From IMG/VR virus record IMGVR_UViG_2690316131_000024: a stretch of DNA of 32,435 nt. One strand, written 5' to 3'. How positions within the stretch are numbered: the stretch's first letter is position 1; every line of letters starts with the position of its first letter. The position numbers and the translations under genes are program-made. Source of the stretch: a virus. Lineage: Duplodnaviria; Heunggongvirae; Uroviricota; Caudoviricetes. The notes beneath the pieces were generated by a model. It did no database searches. It saw nothing but the letters and a program-made list of their open reading frames with translations, and was not told the origin of the DNA. Shown here in pieces: positions 1 to 8,695 of this stretch.

Positions 1-219
1 TCACATCCACATAATTTGCTGCCCTGACGGCAACGGGTGCGGCCTTACGGCGTGGACTTCTCCCGGCTTCACGATGTATCGCTGTACCGACTCATAAGTG
101 ATAAACGTGGCGCTGCAATTCACGTTCTGGCACTGGTGATAACGCTCTTTTGTCGTGTCAGTGATATAGCGACTTGTACGCGCATGTGCGGCATGCTGGC
201 ATAAAGGACAATGAAACAT
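1..219 (-). CDS. ogr: Ogr late-gene transcriptional activator (zinc finger), 72 aa
   Basis: Translation MFHCPLCQHAAHARTSRY...CQNVNCSATF has the CxxC...CxxC pattern and P2 Ogr length; lies downstream of D in the same orientation. The 93-aa ORF-track version is an N-terminal over-extension; start chosen at the internal Met. Confidence 0.85.
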   Translation of the reverse strand: MFHCPLCQHAAHARTSRYITDTTKERYHQCQNVNCSATFITYESVQRYIVKPGEVHAVRPHPLPSGQQIMWM

Positions 220-300
220 CGCGAGCACCTCTTCAGGTTTTGTTAATGGTGCCATTTTAATTAATTTATCCTTATAAAACAAACAGATAAAATAAAAACA

Positions 301-1464
301 TCACTCATCATCTTCTGTTTCGTACTCCACATCAGAAAGCCTGACCTCAAGCTCTAAGGACGTCGTGAAGCCGCTATTATTCAGAAAATGTGTCACCTTA
401 GTGATTGTCCAGTCCTGCTCGTCTATGACGCGCTTAAAGCCTGACACTTTAACCGGTGTTTCCGTGTAAATATCAGCCCGACCGGTAGCCAGGCTGATGG
501 AGAACTCCGCAACGCCCCGTTGCAGTTTATCCCACTTCGCCTGAGCGGCGCGCATGGCCTGCGCTTTCGTGGCATATACCGTGGTCAGGGCAAAAACATT
601 GTCAGCCTCACCTGCCATGTATTCACCTTCGCGCGCTTCCGGTACTTTTGGCGCTTTCTTCTGCGTGACCGGTTTCGCTTTCGGGTGCTCCAGTGCGCGC
701 AGGTGTTTCTCTTTCTTTTTGCGTTTCAGTTTTACCTTCTGCTTTTGCGGCTTCGGGTCTTTGGTGTGTAACCACTTTGCCGTTACGCCGGTGTAGGCTC
801 CACGGTCAGCAATCGCAAAATGATGGCGGTCACCGTCGCTGCGGGTGATGGTGACCTGCGGGATTTTTTTACCGCTGGCCGTCACCCCCTGTCCCGCTTT
901 GAGAAACAGCAGTTTTCCCATTTTTACCGACACCTCACCGCCGTTGCGTTCTGCAAGACGGGTCAGAAATTTCGCATCAGACTCCTGCGACTGGTCGATG
1001 TGCGGGATTTTAATTCCGGCCAGTGACGGCGCGACACTGGCTTCCAGCCTGTTACGGGAGGCTATCGCCTCAACAATCGCACCGAGCGTGGTGTCATGCC
1101 AGGAGCCTTCACGGCGGGAATTGAGCGTCCCGCGGAAATCTGCACTCCGGGCGCGGATGGTAACCACATCCGGCGCGCCCCGGTGTTCAACCTCATCAAC
1201 GGTAAATTTCCCTTTGCATACCAGGGCAAAACCTTTCCAGCCGATATACACCGTCAGGACCGCGCCACGAATCGGTAGCCCGACCTGCCCGTCGGCATCG
1301 TTCAGTTCAATATCAAGCTGGTCAGCCTCAAAGCCCCGGTTATCCGTCAGGGTCATGCTCATCAGACGGTCGCTGATATTGCCGGTAATATCCCTGCTGT
1401 CGAGCATCAGCATGTAATCCGGCGTCAGCGTACTGCCTGCATCAAATGTCAGTGCATCCAGCAT
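301..1464 (-). CDS. D: Tail protein D, 387 aa
   Basis: 387-aa ORF at the end of the tail operon, same length and position as P2 gpD; lysine-rich central linker. Confidence 0.88.
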   Translation of the reverse strand: MLDALTFDAGSTLTPDYMLMLDSRDITGNISDRLMSMTLTDNRGFEADQLDIELNDADGQVGLPIRGAVLTVYIGWKGFALVCKGKFTVDEVEHRGAPDVVTIRARSADFRGTLNSRREGSWHDTTLGAIVEAIASRNRLEASVAPSLAGIKIPHIDQSQESDAKFLTRLAERNGGEVSVKMGKLLFLKAGQGVTASGKKIPQVTITRSDGDRHHFAIADRGAYTGVTAKWLHTKDPKPQKQKVKLKRKKKEKHLRALEHPKAKPVTQKKAPKVPEAREGEYMAGEADNVFALTTVYATKAQAMRAAQAKWDKLQRGVAEFSISLATGRADIYTETPVKVSGFKRVIDEQDWTITKVTHFLNNSGFTTSLELEVRLSDVEYETEDDE

Positions 1465-1943
1465 TATCCCGCCCCCGTCATACCCGTGAATTTAGTCGCC
1501 ATACTGCCAGCCTTACCGATGAGCGATTCCGCCTGTTTACCGATATCGCCATAAAGCGCGGCCAGTGATTCATCAACGCGGGTGAGCGACAGCGTAAAAT
1601 CAATTTTCCGGGGTGTGCCGTCTGCAAAGAAAATACTCCCTGTTTCACTCACCCTGCTGATGACATACATGCCGTAAATCATGCCGGTGCCATCCAGCAA
1701 CGGCCACGCCCGCCCCTCCTCTGCCATCAGCCTGAGCGTGGTCATCGTCAGCTTGCCGCCGGTCAGTTCGGGATAAAGTACACCGGCAAGCGTGATGTTT
1801 TCCTCACCCACACCGAGAAACTGAAAAGCGTCCCGTTTACCGATACGGGAATTTGACGGCCAGCGATAATCTGATTCACGCTGCATGGTCTGGTGTGGCA
1901 GCGTCTGGCGCATAAAAACAAACATACCTAACGCGAGCATCAT
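1464..1943 (-). CDS. U: Tail protein U, 159 aa
   Basis: 159-aa ORF between T and D, same length as P2 gpU; stop/start overlap with D. Confidence 0.85.
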   Translation of the reverse strand: MMLALGMFVFMRQTLPHQTMQRESDYRWPSNSRIGKRDAFQFLGVGEENITLAGVLYPELTGGKLTMTTLRLMAEEGRAWPLLDGTGMIYGMYVISRVSETGSIFFADGTPRKIDFTLSLTRVDESLAALYGDIGKQAESLIGKAGSMATKFTGMTGAG

Positions 1944-1957
1944 TTTTCGTCACCTCC

Positions 1958-4405
1958 TTAACCGTCATGCATCATGCTGGCACGGGCGCGCGCACGTTTA
2001 TCCCGCTCGTATTTTTCGAGCGCATCCTGTAACTGGCGGTCGAGCTGTGTCCCCGGCGCAGTACCACCCGTCAGGCTGATGTGATATTCGTTTTTACTCT
2101 GGTCTACATAAGAGCGGCCAGCCGGTGCCGTGACCGGCTGATAAGCCTGATAACCTGCATAAGAGCTGGTCGCCGGAATATAACCACCGCTGCCATACGT
2201 GGCGGCTTGAGTTCTGGCGGCGGTCTGGTCAAGTGTGTCTGACTCTTTGTTGATAACACCGAGTTTTTCCAGTACCCAGTCAATACCACTGCGCAGTTTA
2301 TTGAACGCATTAAGCGGCAGCATCAGCGCGTCAGCCAGTGCCTGCCCGAACATGACGCCCGTGTCACGGCAACGGTTCAGGGTGTCCTGGGTGGCTTTGA
2401 CCGGGGCAATCAGGTTTTTAAACCACTGCCACGCGGCCTGTAACTTTTCACCCAGCCAGTCAAACACCGGTTTAAGTGGCGTGAACAGTTCCCCCACCGG
2501 CGCAAATGCCGCTTTCAGCCCTTCAACCACACCGCCAAAGAATGCGCTGACAGGCTCCCAGTATTTACGGATAAGCAACGCCCCGGCGACAATGGCGGCC
2601 ACCACGGCCACAACCGGCCAGCTAATCGCCCCGATGGCGGTTATAACAGCACTGCCAACCGTCGTGAAGATTGCCCCCATTGCGCCTGCTGCCGCGATGA
2701 TGGCATTGATGCCAGTGATAACCGGCCAGGCTACAAGACCAATTGCACCGATGATGCCAGTCAGCGCCAGCGCGCCACCGGCAATGAGGCCAATGGTTGA
2801 CGCCAGTGATTTGTTTTTCTGTATCCAGCCGTCGAGTTTTAACACATACTTTGTGGCCGTCTGTGTGAGCTTACGCAGTGCGCCTTCCTGCTGGTCAAAC
2901 AGGTCAGTCCCCACCGCCTCATAAGCGGACTGAAACTCCTTAAAGTCACCGCCGAGGTTGTCCTGCATGATATTTACCAGCTCTGCGGTCTTCCCGTCTG
3001 AGGCTTTAAACGCAGCGGTCAGTTTGTCCAGCTTTCCGGTTGACGCGGCAGTCATCAGCACGGCGGCGGCTGAGCTGGCCTCCTCCCCGAAAATAGTTTT
3101 CATGTATTCAGCCTGCTGGGCAGTACCGAGCCGGTTTTTCTCAAAACTGGCCTGCATTTCTTTCAGAATGGTAAATATTGGCCGGGTGTTTCCCTTGCTG
3201 TCTGAGGTTTTCACTCCAAGCTCTTTGAGTGCATCCCATGCTTTTCCCGTCGGTGCCTGCAGGCGGCTTAACACGGCACGGCTTCCCGTCCCCGCCATTG
3301 AGCCTGTGATTTTTGCATCATGCAGCGCCCCGACCATTGCGGCGGTTTCTTCAATGCTGACACCGGCATTTTTTGCCACAGGTGCGGCATAGGTCAGCGC
3401 ATCGCTCATGCCGTCAAAATCGGCGGCGGTTTTGTTCATCGTCATGGAGAGAACATCCCCGATATGAGCGACCTTATCGTTTGAAAGCTGAAAGGCGGAT
3501 TTCATCCCCATCAGCAGGGCGGCGTTTTCTTCCATCGTGCGGCGGTTCGCCAGCGCCATATTCAGCGTGACCGGCGTTGCCGCCTGAATGGCATCAACAT
3601 CCCCACCCGCTTTCGCGATGATTATCTGTGCACCGGCCGCATCATCCGCCGAGGCGGCGGTATTGTCGCCGAGCTGCCGCGCCTGTTTGCGGAGTGCGGT
3701 CATTTCGGCGGAGTCTTTTGCCACTCCGAGCACGGCCTGCAATTCTGAGTTTTTCTGCGCAAACTCATAACCGGGCATCAGCAGCTTAACTCCGGCCATC
3801 GTTCCCGCCGCCGCAATCCCCACACCGGCAGCGCCCACCGAGGCCATATTTCCGGCCAGTTCCTTTCCGGCCTGATAACGCTGTTTGACTGCGTTAAGTT
3901 TTGCCTGTTGCGCACTGACACGCGCCAGCGCGTCGCGCTGACGGTTAAGCTGTGCGGTGGTTTCACTGATACGGTTTTTCAGTCCCTGCTCATCATGTGC
4001 AAGATTGCGGGTATTAATTCCCACAGCGGCCAGTTCCCGCTGCTGGCGTTTAACGGAATCCGTCAGGCGGTTATATTTCGCCTGTAAGTCCTCCGCCGCA
4101 CGCTTTGCGGATTCCAGCACTTTCGCCTGAGCACGTGTCGGACGTTCGGTGTTTTTAAACTGTGTGGCAAGGGCTTCGGCCTCCTGCCGTGCCTTTTCAA
4201 GTGCATGACCAGTCACGGCGAGCTGTGCACTGGTCTTGCGAAATCCCTCAATACGGGATGCCTGACCGTTCAGCTCGCGCAGTGATTTTTGTGTTTCCCG
4301 GATATCCGCCGACAGCGATTTGCTCGCTGTGCGGATGGATTTAAACGGGCGGGATGCCTGGTCAACAGCCCTGAGCAATACCTGTAATTTTACATTGTTA
4401 CTCAT
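1958..4405 (-). CDS. T: Tail tape measure protein, 815 aa
   Basis: 815-aa Ala/Gly-rich protein with coiled-coil N-terminus and hydrophobic glycine-zipper segment, directly downstream of E/E'. Confidence 0.9.
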   Translation of the reverse strand: MSNNVKLQVLLRAVDQASRPFKSIRTASKSLSADIRETQKSLRELNGQASRIEGFRKTSAQLAVTGHALEKARQEAEALATQFKNTERPTRAQAKVLESAKRAAEDLQAKYNRLTDSVKRQQRELAAVGINTRNLAHDEQGLKNRISETTAQLNRQRDALARVSAQQAKLNAVKQRYQAGKELAGNMASVGAAGVGIAAAGTMAGVKLLMPGYEFAQKNSELQAVLGVAKDSAEMTALRKQARQLGDNTAASADDAAGAQIIIAKAGGDVDAIQAATPVTLNMALANRRTMEENAALLMGMKSAFQLSNDKVAHIGDVLSMTMNKTAADFDGMSDALTYAAPVAKNAGVSIEETAAMVGALHDAKITGSMAGTGSRAVLSRLQAPTGKAWDALKELGVKTSDSKGNTRPIFTILKEMQASFEKNRLGTAQQAEYMKTIFGEEASSAAAVLMTAASTGKLDKLTAAFKASDGKTAELVNIMQDNLGGDFKEFQSAYEAVGTDLFDQQEGALRKLTQTATKYVLKLDGWIQKNKSLASTIGLIAGGALALTGIIGAIGLVAWPVITGINAIIAAAGAMGAIFTTVGSAVITAIGAISWPVVAVVAAIVAGALLIRKYWEPVSAFFGGVVEGLKAAFAPVGELFTPLKPVFDWLGEKLQAAWQWFKNLIAPVKATQDTLNRCRDTGVMFGQALADALMLPLNAFNKLRSGIDWVLEKLGVINKESDTLDQTAARTQAATYGSGGYIPATSSYAGYQAYQPVTAPAGRSYVDQSKNEYHISLTGGTAPGTQLDRQLQDALEKYERDKRARARASMMHDG

Positions 4406-4577
4406 TCGTGTTTCCGCTTCGCCGGAGCGCCTTTTCGCGCCATGTGATGAGTTCGGTCAGGCTCATGGGATACAGTTCTGATGGCGGCCAGTGAAATATC
4501 ACTGCCACATCCGCCATCAGGTCATCGACCGAGAGATTTTTTGGAAACGTCACTGCACCGAGTTCGGCGACAAAAAA
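4398..4577 (-). CDS. E' extension, read in the -1 frame after slippage in the 3' end of E (gives gpE+E')
   Basis: Minus-strand mRNA reads GGT TTT TTG (T6G slippery run at + coords 4571..4579), 7 codons before the E stop. By hand translation the -1 frame stays open for about 58 codons to a TAA at 4398..4400 overlapping the T start. Confidence 0.6.
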   Translation of the reverse strand, partial: FFVAELGAVTFPKNLSVDDLMADVAVIFHWPPSELYPMSLTELITWREKALRRSGNTNE

Positions 4578-4825
4578 CCGACCACCTTACCGGCCAGCGC
4601 CACAAGGTCAGGCAGTTCCAGCGCGGCGACTTCCTGCTCGGTCAGCATCGGTGCCGTCATGCGCGGCAGCACCTTAATCAGTGCATCGACTTCGGAGTTT
4701 GCAACCGCAGCCAGACTGACACCGCGTAGCGTCCCGGCATTGGGTTTCATCAGCGTGACCTGTTCGATAACCTGCTCACCACGTTTGACCGGATTGTCCA
4801 GGGTAATGACATTTTCTTTGTTCAT
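4550..4825 (-). CDS. E: Tail assembly chaperone gpE, 91 aa
   Basis: 91-aa ORF between FII and T, same size and position as P2 gpE; ends ...KVVGFLSPNSVQ with the slippery site inside. Confidence 0.85.
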   Translation of the reverse strand: MNKENVITLDNPVKRGEQVIEQVTLMKPNAGTLRGVSLAAVANSEVDALIKVLPRMTAPMLTEQEVAALELPDLVALAGKVVGFLSPNSVQ

Positions 4826-4853
4826 GGTTTTCTCACTTCTGAATCAGGGTTAA

Positions 4854-4874
4854 CCGGCCAGCCAGGCTGACCGG
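4854..4874 (-). terminator. Imperfect GC-rich hairpin between FII and E (possible attenuator)
   Basis: ccggccagcc-a-ggctgaccgg forms a 9/10-bp stem immediately after the FII stop; no strong U-tract. Confidence 0.25.
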
Positions 4875-4881
4875 ATGAAAA

Positions 4882-5400
4882 TCACAGGCCGATATTGCGG
4901 CGGTGTTGCTCCAGCCGGTCGACGCCGTTCACCTTTTCAATCATGTTGATGGTGTCAATTTCGACCAGCTCCTTACCGTCCATCGTCAGCCGGAAATAGG
5001 TGCAGACCACGGAGATTTTCGACTCGGTGTCTTCTCCCTGTTTGCCCTCGCCGGTGTCGATTTCTTTCTGACGTCCACGCATGACCACTTCGACGGCCAC
5101 CGTTTCGCCGGTATCGTCGCGCTGGTAAGAGCCTGCAAAACGAATCGGCACGGCATCCACGCCGGTTGCGGCGTAAAGCTCCCAGATAACCGAATCCGGG
5201 AAACCACCGAGCGACCACTCCATTGACAGCGCATCGTCATCAAGGCCGAGGTCTACCGGTGCGCTGCCGTTCATCCCCGCACCGCGATAGTTTTCTAGCT
5301 TACGGGTCAGTTTTGGCAGCGTGACGGACTTTGCAACGCCCTGATAGCTGTAGCCGTTCAGAAAGACGTTCATTAACTTGAGTTTGCGCGGCATTGCCAT
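4882..5400 (-). CDS. FII: Tail tube protein FII, 172 aa
   Basis: 172-aa ORF directly downstream of the sheath gene, same length as P2 FII. Confidence 0.9.
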   Translation of the reverse strand: MAMPRKLKLMNVFLNGYSYQGVAKSVTLPKLTRKLENYRGAGMNGSAPVDLGLDDDALSMEWSLGGFPDSVIWELYAATGVDAVPIRFAGSYQRDDTGETVAVEVVMRGRQKEIDTGEGKQGEDTESKISVVCTYFRLTMDGKELVEIDTINMIEKVNGVDRLEQHRRNIGL

Positions 5401-5412
5401 CGGTCAGGCTCC

Positions 5413-6603
5413 TTAATTGCTGTTAACCGAGGTGACCAGATTTGCCAGGTATTTATCGGTAATACGCTGGCGCAGGGTCAGGTTTTCAAGAGGAGGCACC
5501 GGTGTATAGTCGTAGTCGATATACAGTTTTCCGGCCTTGAGGGTTTCCGCATCGTTGGATTCTTCGCTGAACCAGCAGGTCGCATCCACGATATAGCCGT
5601 TTGTTTTCAGCTCACGGAATTTGGCATTGATGCCGTCAACGATGTCGCGAATCAGCGTTGCGGTGATGGGCTTGTCCACCGCCCACATGTGCGCCTCAGC
5701 CATCGTGTCGGCCAGCACCTGCGCGGTGCGGGTGTAGTTTTCAAAGAGGAACAGCGGGTCATCAGAGCAGGTACGGTTACCCCAGAAGCGGAAACCGTCG
5801 CGGCGAATCAGCGTTGTGACGCCTGACTCGTTAAGCAGGTCAGCATCGGTGCCGGACTCCTGCAAATCCCAGAATACAGATGCGCTGATGCCGGTAACAC
5901 CGTTCACCCCGACGTTGGACAGCGTTTTATGCCAGCCCTGCTCCTGGTCGATTTTGGCACGCAGACCCAGCGCACGGGCGGTGGCATACGCGGTGGCGGT
6001 GGTACTGGTGACCGTATCCCATGCGAGGAAATCCGGCCAGATGACCATCAGCTCACGCTGGCTGAAATTCTGGCGGTAGGCTTTCACCTCGGAAATGGTC
6101 TTACAGCCCCATGCGCTGATATACCCGAAAGCGCGCAGCTTCTGACAGACTGATGCCAGTGCAACCGCCACCTCTTTGGTGTCCAGTCCCGGCACACCGA
6201 GAATACGCGGTTTAACACCGGTTACCGACTCCGCCGCCAGCAGGGCTTTTAGTCCGGTGTACTGACCGTTTTCGTCGGTGGTGCCGATGATATTGGAAAC
6301 GGTCTGCGCGAGTTTCGTTTCCTCGTCATCACCGGTGCCGTCTTCCACGCGCACGACAACGGTGACCGGTTTTGACTGGTCAGCGATGGCCTGCAACGAT
6401 GCCGCCAGCGTGCCTTTTTTACCGGCCTTTGCAATTGCGCTCTGCACATTGGTAATCAGCACAGGTTTATTGAGGGGGAAGGTTTCCGCATCCGCATCGC
6501 TGGCCGTGCAGACCATGCCGACAATGGCAGTGGATACGGTGGAAATGACGCGGGTGCCGTCGTTAATCTCCAGCACCTGCACGCCGTGATGATAGTCACT
6601 CAT
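5413..6603 (-). CDS. FI: Contractile tail sheath protein FI, 396 aa
   Basis: 396-aa ORF, same length and position as P2 FI; first gene of the FI-FII-E-T-U-D operon. Confidence 0.9.
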   Translation of the reverse strand: MSDYHHGVQVLEINDGTRVISTVSTAIVGMVCTASDADAETFPLNKPVLITNVQSAIAKAGKKGTLAASLQAIADQSKPVTVVVRVEDGTGDDEETKLAQTVSNIIGTTDENGQYTGLKALLAAESVTGVKPRILGVPGLDTKEVAVALASVCQKLRAFGYISAWGCKTISEVKAYRQNFSQRELMVIWPDFLAWDTVTSTTATAYATARALGLRAKIDQEQGWHKTLSNVGVNGVTGISASVFWDLQESGTDADLLNESGVTTLIRRDGFRFWGNRTCSDDPLFLFENYTRTAQVLADTMAEAHMWAVDKPITATLIRDIVDGINAKFRELKTNGYIVDATCWFSEESNDAETLKAGKLYIDYDYTPVPPLENLTLRQRITDKYLANLVTSVNSN

Positions 6604-6662
6604 CCGTTTAACTCCGTGGTTAATGGGTGAGTGGTATTTTCAGTTGTGCCGGAGATGTCAGG

Positions 6663-7262
6663 CTATTTGTCCCGGTTGGCTAAGGGATGACACAATTTAT
6701 TCTTTGTCGCTGATGAGGGAAATTTTTTATAGAGCGTGGACAGGCCAATATCAAAAATCAGCGCCACACGTTGACGAGATTCCCCCGCAGCCAGCAACCG
6801 TCCGACCTGCTCCCACTCACTCGCGGTGAGTTTCGGACGTCTGCCACCAATACGACCTTTGGCTCTGGCCGCTTCCAGTCCGGCGCGTGTCCGCTCGACA
6901 ATGAGTTCTCGCTCCATTTCAGCCAGGGCACCCATCACATGAAAGAAAAAACGCCCCATCGGCGTGCTGGTATCAATAGCATCCGTCAGACTGCGAAAAT
7001 TAACGCCGCGTTCGCGCAGTTCCTCAACCAGAATGACCAGATGCCGCATACTACGCCCCAGCCTGTCCAGCTTCCAGACTACCAGAGTGTCACCTGCTGA
7101 TAATGTTCTGAGCAGTTTTTTCAGTCCCGGTCTGTCGGACTTCGTGCCGCTGATTTTATCCTCAAAAATCCGCTCGCATCCTGCGCACTCCAGCGCGTTA
7201 CGCTGCAATTCCGTGTTCTGGTCATTTGTTGACACGCGTACATAGCCAATAAGCATGAGCAT
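6663..7262 (-). CDS. Serine DNA invertase (Gin/Cin/Pin/Hin family), copy 1
   Basis: N-terminus MLIGYVRVSTNDQNT with catalytic Ser motif, ...GRIGGRRPKL and a C-terminal HTH (ALIFDIGLSTLYKKF) typical of Hin-family invertases. First 193 aa identical to copy 2; reads 6 codons past the repeat boundary. True start may be the Met two codons in (7256). Confidence 0.88.
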   Translation of the reverse strand: MLMLIGYVRVSTNDQNTELQRNALECAGCERIFEDKISGTKSDRPGLKKLLRTLSAGDTLVVWKLDRLGRSMRHLVILVEELRERGVNFRSLTDAIDTSTPMGRFFFHVMGALAEMERELIVERTRAGLEAARAKGRIGGRRPKLTASEWEQVGRLLAAGESRQRVALIFDIGLSTLYKKFPSSATKNKLCHPLANRDK

Positions 7263-7330
7263 CCCCCTGAATAAAAACCGGAGATGATGCCAGTTGCCCG
7301 TTATCTCTGCATTTTCATAAACGTTGGTTT
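6683..7330. repeat. 648-bp direct repeat, copy 1 (invertase gene plus crossover site)
   Basis: Offset 1358 bp to 8041..8688; both boundary sequences were compared by eye, and the ORF translations on both strands inside the two copies are identical. Confidence 0.85.
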
Positions 7331-7337
7331 AAGAGCA
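7312..7337 (+). other. cix/gix/hix-like crossover site (site 2)
   Basis: TCATAAACG-TT-GGTTTAAGA; identity to the H-embedded site begins exactly at TTGGTTT, centred on the TT dinucleotide at 7324..7325. Confidence 0.7.
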
Positions 7338-7634
7338 AGCGGGCAGTACACCGATAATTTGTTATTTACAGGTCCTGATGGTCTTAAGATTCAGGTGTTT
7401 CGCCGGACGCTCGCAAATTTGACTACTGTCGGTGTAGTAAATTCTGTGCCAGTGACTTTCCCTGTCCCGTTCCCTGTTAATTGCTGGGGCGTTTTTTCTA
7501 CCAAATTAACATGGGTTCAGATAACTAACTCATGCGAGTGGGTAAGTAATACAGGATTTACCGCTCAGGTCATGATGAATATTGCTGTAAATACAAACAC
7601 CTCAGACGCTATGTTTTTAGCTATAGGATATTAA
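7324..7634 (+). CDS. Silent tail-fibre C-terminal cassette V1' (duplicate of the currently expressed H C-terminus)
   Basis: Translation LRASGQYTDNLLFTGPDGL...AMFLAIGY is identical to the last ~100 aa of H (10200..10510, minus strand). It has no N-terminal constant region and is only expressible after inversion. Confidence 0.8.
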
Positions 7635-7635
7635 T

Positions 7636-8040
7636 ATGAATCATTTTGTGTTCAGTCCATCTGAGTCCCGTTTTTATGCCATCGAGTGGCAGGCTGATTA
7701 TGTTGATAATAATTGTTGGCCACATGATGCCATTAACGTTAGTGACAGCATTTATTATGAGTTTTCCGGCACTCCCCCTACAGGTAAGCAACTTATAACT
7801 TTAAATAACATGCCAGCATGGGGTGATATTCCTCCACCTACACGAGAAGAATTAATTGTCGCTGCTGATGTGGAGAAGCAAAAAAGAATAGATTTAGCCA
7901 ATGATTACATGAACGGTAAGCAATGGCCTGGTAAAGCAGCTATTGGTCGTCTGAAAGGTGAGGAACTGGCACAATATAATTTGTGGCTGGATTATCTGGA
8001 CGCACTGGAGCTGGTCGATACCGCCAGTGCGCCAGATATT
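7636..8040 (+). pseudogene. Truncated duplicate of tail-fibre assembly gene tfa1 (tfa1'), fused by read-through into invertase repeat copy 2
   Basis: First 135 aa identical to tfa1 (9758..10198). Identity ends at ...ASAPDI at the repeat boundary; the last 11 aa of tfa1 are replaced by repeat-derived read-through up to 8187. Confidence 0.75.
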
Positions 8041-8620
8041 AGGGATGACACAATTTATTCTTTGTCGCTGATGAGGGAAATTTTTTATAGAGCGTGGACA
8101 GGCCAATATCAAAAATCAGCGCCACACGTTGACGAGATTCCCCCGCAGCCAGCAACCGTCCGACCTGCTCCCACTCACTCGCGGTGAGTTTCGGACGTCT
8201 GCCACCAATACGACCTTTGGCTCTGGCCGCTTCCAGTCCGGCGCGTGTCCGCTCGACAATGAGTTCTCGCTCCATTTCAGCCAGGGCACCCATCACATGA
8301 AAGAAAAAACGCCCCATCGGCGTGCTGGTATCAATAGCATCCGTCAGACTGCGAAAATTAACGCCGCGTTCGCGCAGTTCCTCAACCAGAATGACCAGAT
8401 GCCGCATACTACGCCCCAGCCTGTCCAGCTTCCAGACTACCAGAGTGTCACCTGCTGATAATGTTCTGAGCAGTTTTTTCAGTCCCGGTCTGTCGGACTT
8501 CGTGCCGCTGATTTTATCCTCAAAAATCCGCTCGCATCCTGCGCACTCCAGCGCGTTACGCTGCAATTCCGTGTTCTGGTCATTTGTTGACACGCGTACA
8601 TAGCCAATAAGCATGAGCAT
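8039..8620 (-). CDS. Serine DNA invertase (Gin/Cin/Pin/Hin family), copy 2
   Basis: 193 aa, identical to copy 1 over its whole length; its stop codon spans the repeat boundary. Confidence 0.88.
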   Translation of the reverse strand: MLMLIGYVRVSTNDQNTELQRNALECAGCERIFEDKISGTKSDRPGLKKLLRTLSAGDTLVVWKLDRLGRSMRHLVILVEELRERGVNFRSLTDAIDTSTPMGRFFFHVMGALAEMERELIVERTRAGLEAARAKGRIGGRRPKLTASEWEQVGRLLAAGESRQRVALIFDIGLSTLYKKFPSSATKNKLCHP

Positions 8621-8688
8621 CCCCCTGAATAAAAACCGGAGATGATGCCAGTTGCCCGTTATCTCTGCATTTTCATAAACGTTGGTTT
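8041..8688. repeat. 648-bp direct repeat, copy 2 (invertase gene plus crossover site)
   Basis: See copy 1; the repeat ends at TTGGTTT, after which V1' (aagagc...) and V2 (gggaga...) diverge. Confidence 0.85.
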
Positions 8689-8695
8689 GGGAGAA
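8670..8695 (+). other. cix/gix/hix-like crossover site (site 3)
   Basis: TCATAAACG-TT-GGTTTGGGA; same left half as site 2, right half belongs to V2. Confidence 0.7.

Noticed and set aside
1-282. 93-aa version of ogr and the other N-terminally extended ORF-track calls (P 600 aa, O 306 aa, L 189 aa, X 90 aa, methyltransferase 383 aa, int 336 aa)
   Set aside because: Conserved N-termini, RBS positions and expected P2 protein lengths support internal starts; the extensions read through upstream intergenic or overlapping sequence.
520-1417. Plus-strand ORFs (83-190 aa) overlapping gpD
   Set aside because: Antisense to the gpD gene; low-complexity translations (Ser/Arg/Phe-rich) typical of out-of-frame reading.
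2235-3770. Long plus-strand ORFs (229, 144, 65 and 60 aa) inside the tape-measure gene
   Set aside because: Antisense to a full-length 815-aa tape measure; GC-rich, Ala-rich genes often yield spurious antisense ORFs. No RBS or conserved motifs.
6623-6829. 68-aa plus-strand ORF upstream of FI, plus 6771..7100 / 8129..8458 and 6964..7245 / 8322..8603 ORF pairs
   Set aside because: All lie antisense within the duplicated invertase repeat; they appear twice only because the DNA is duplicated.
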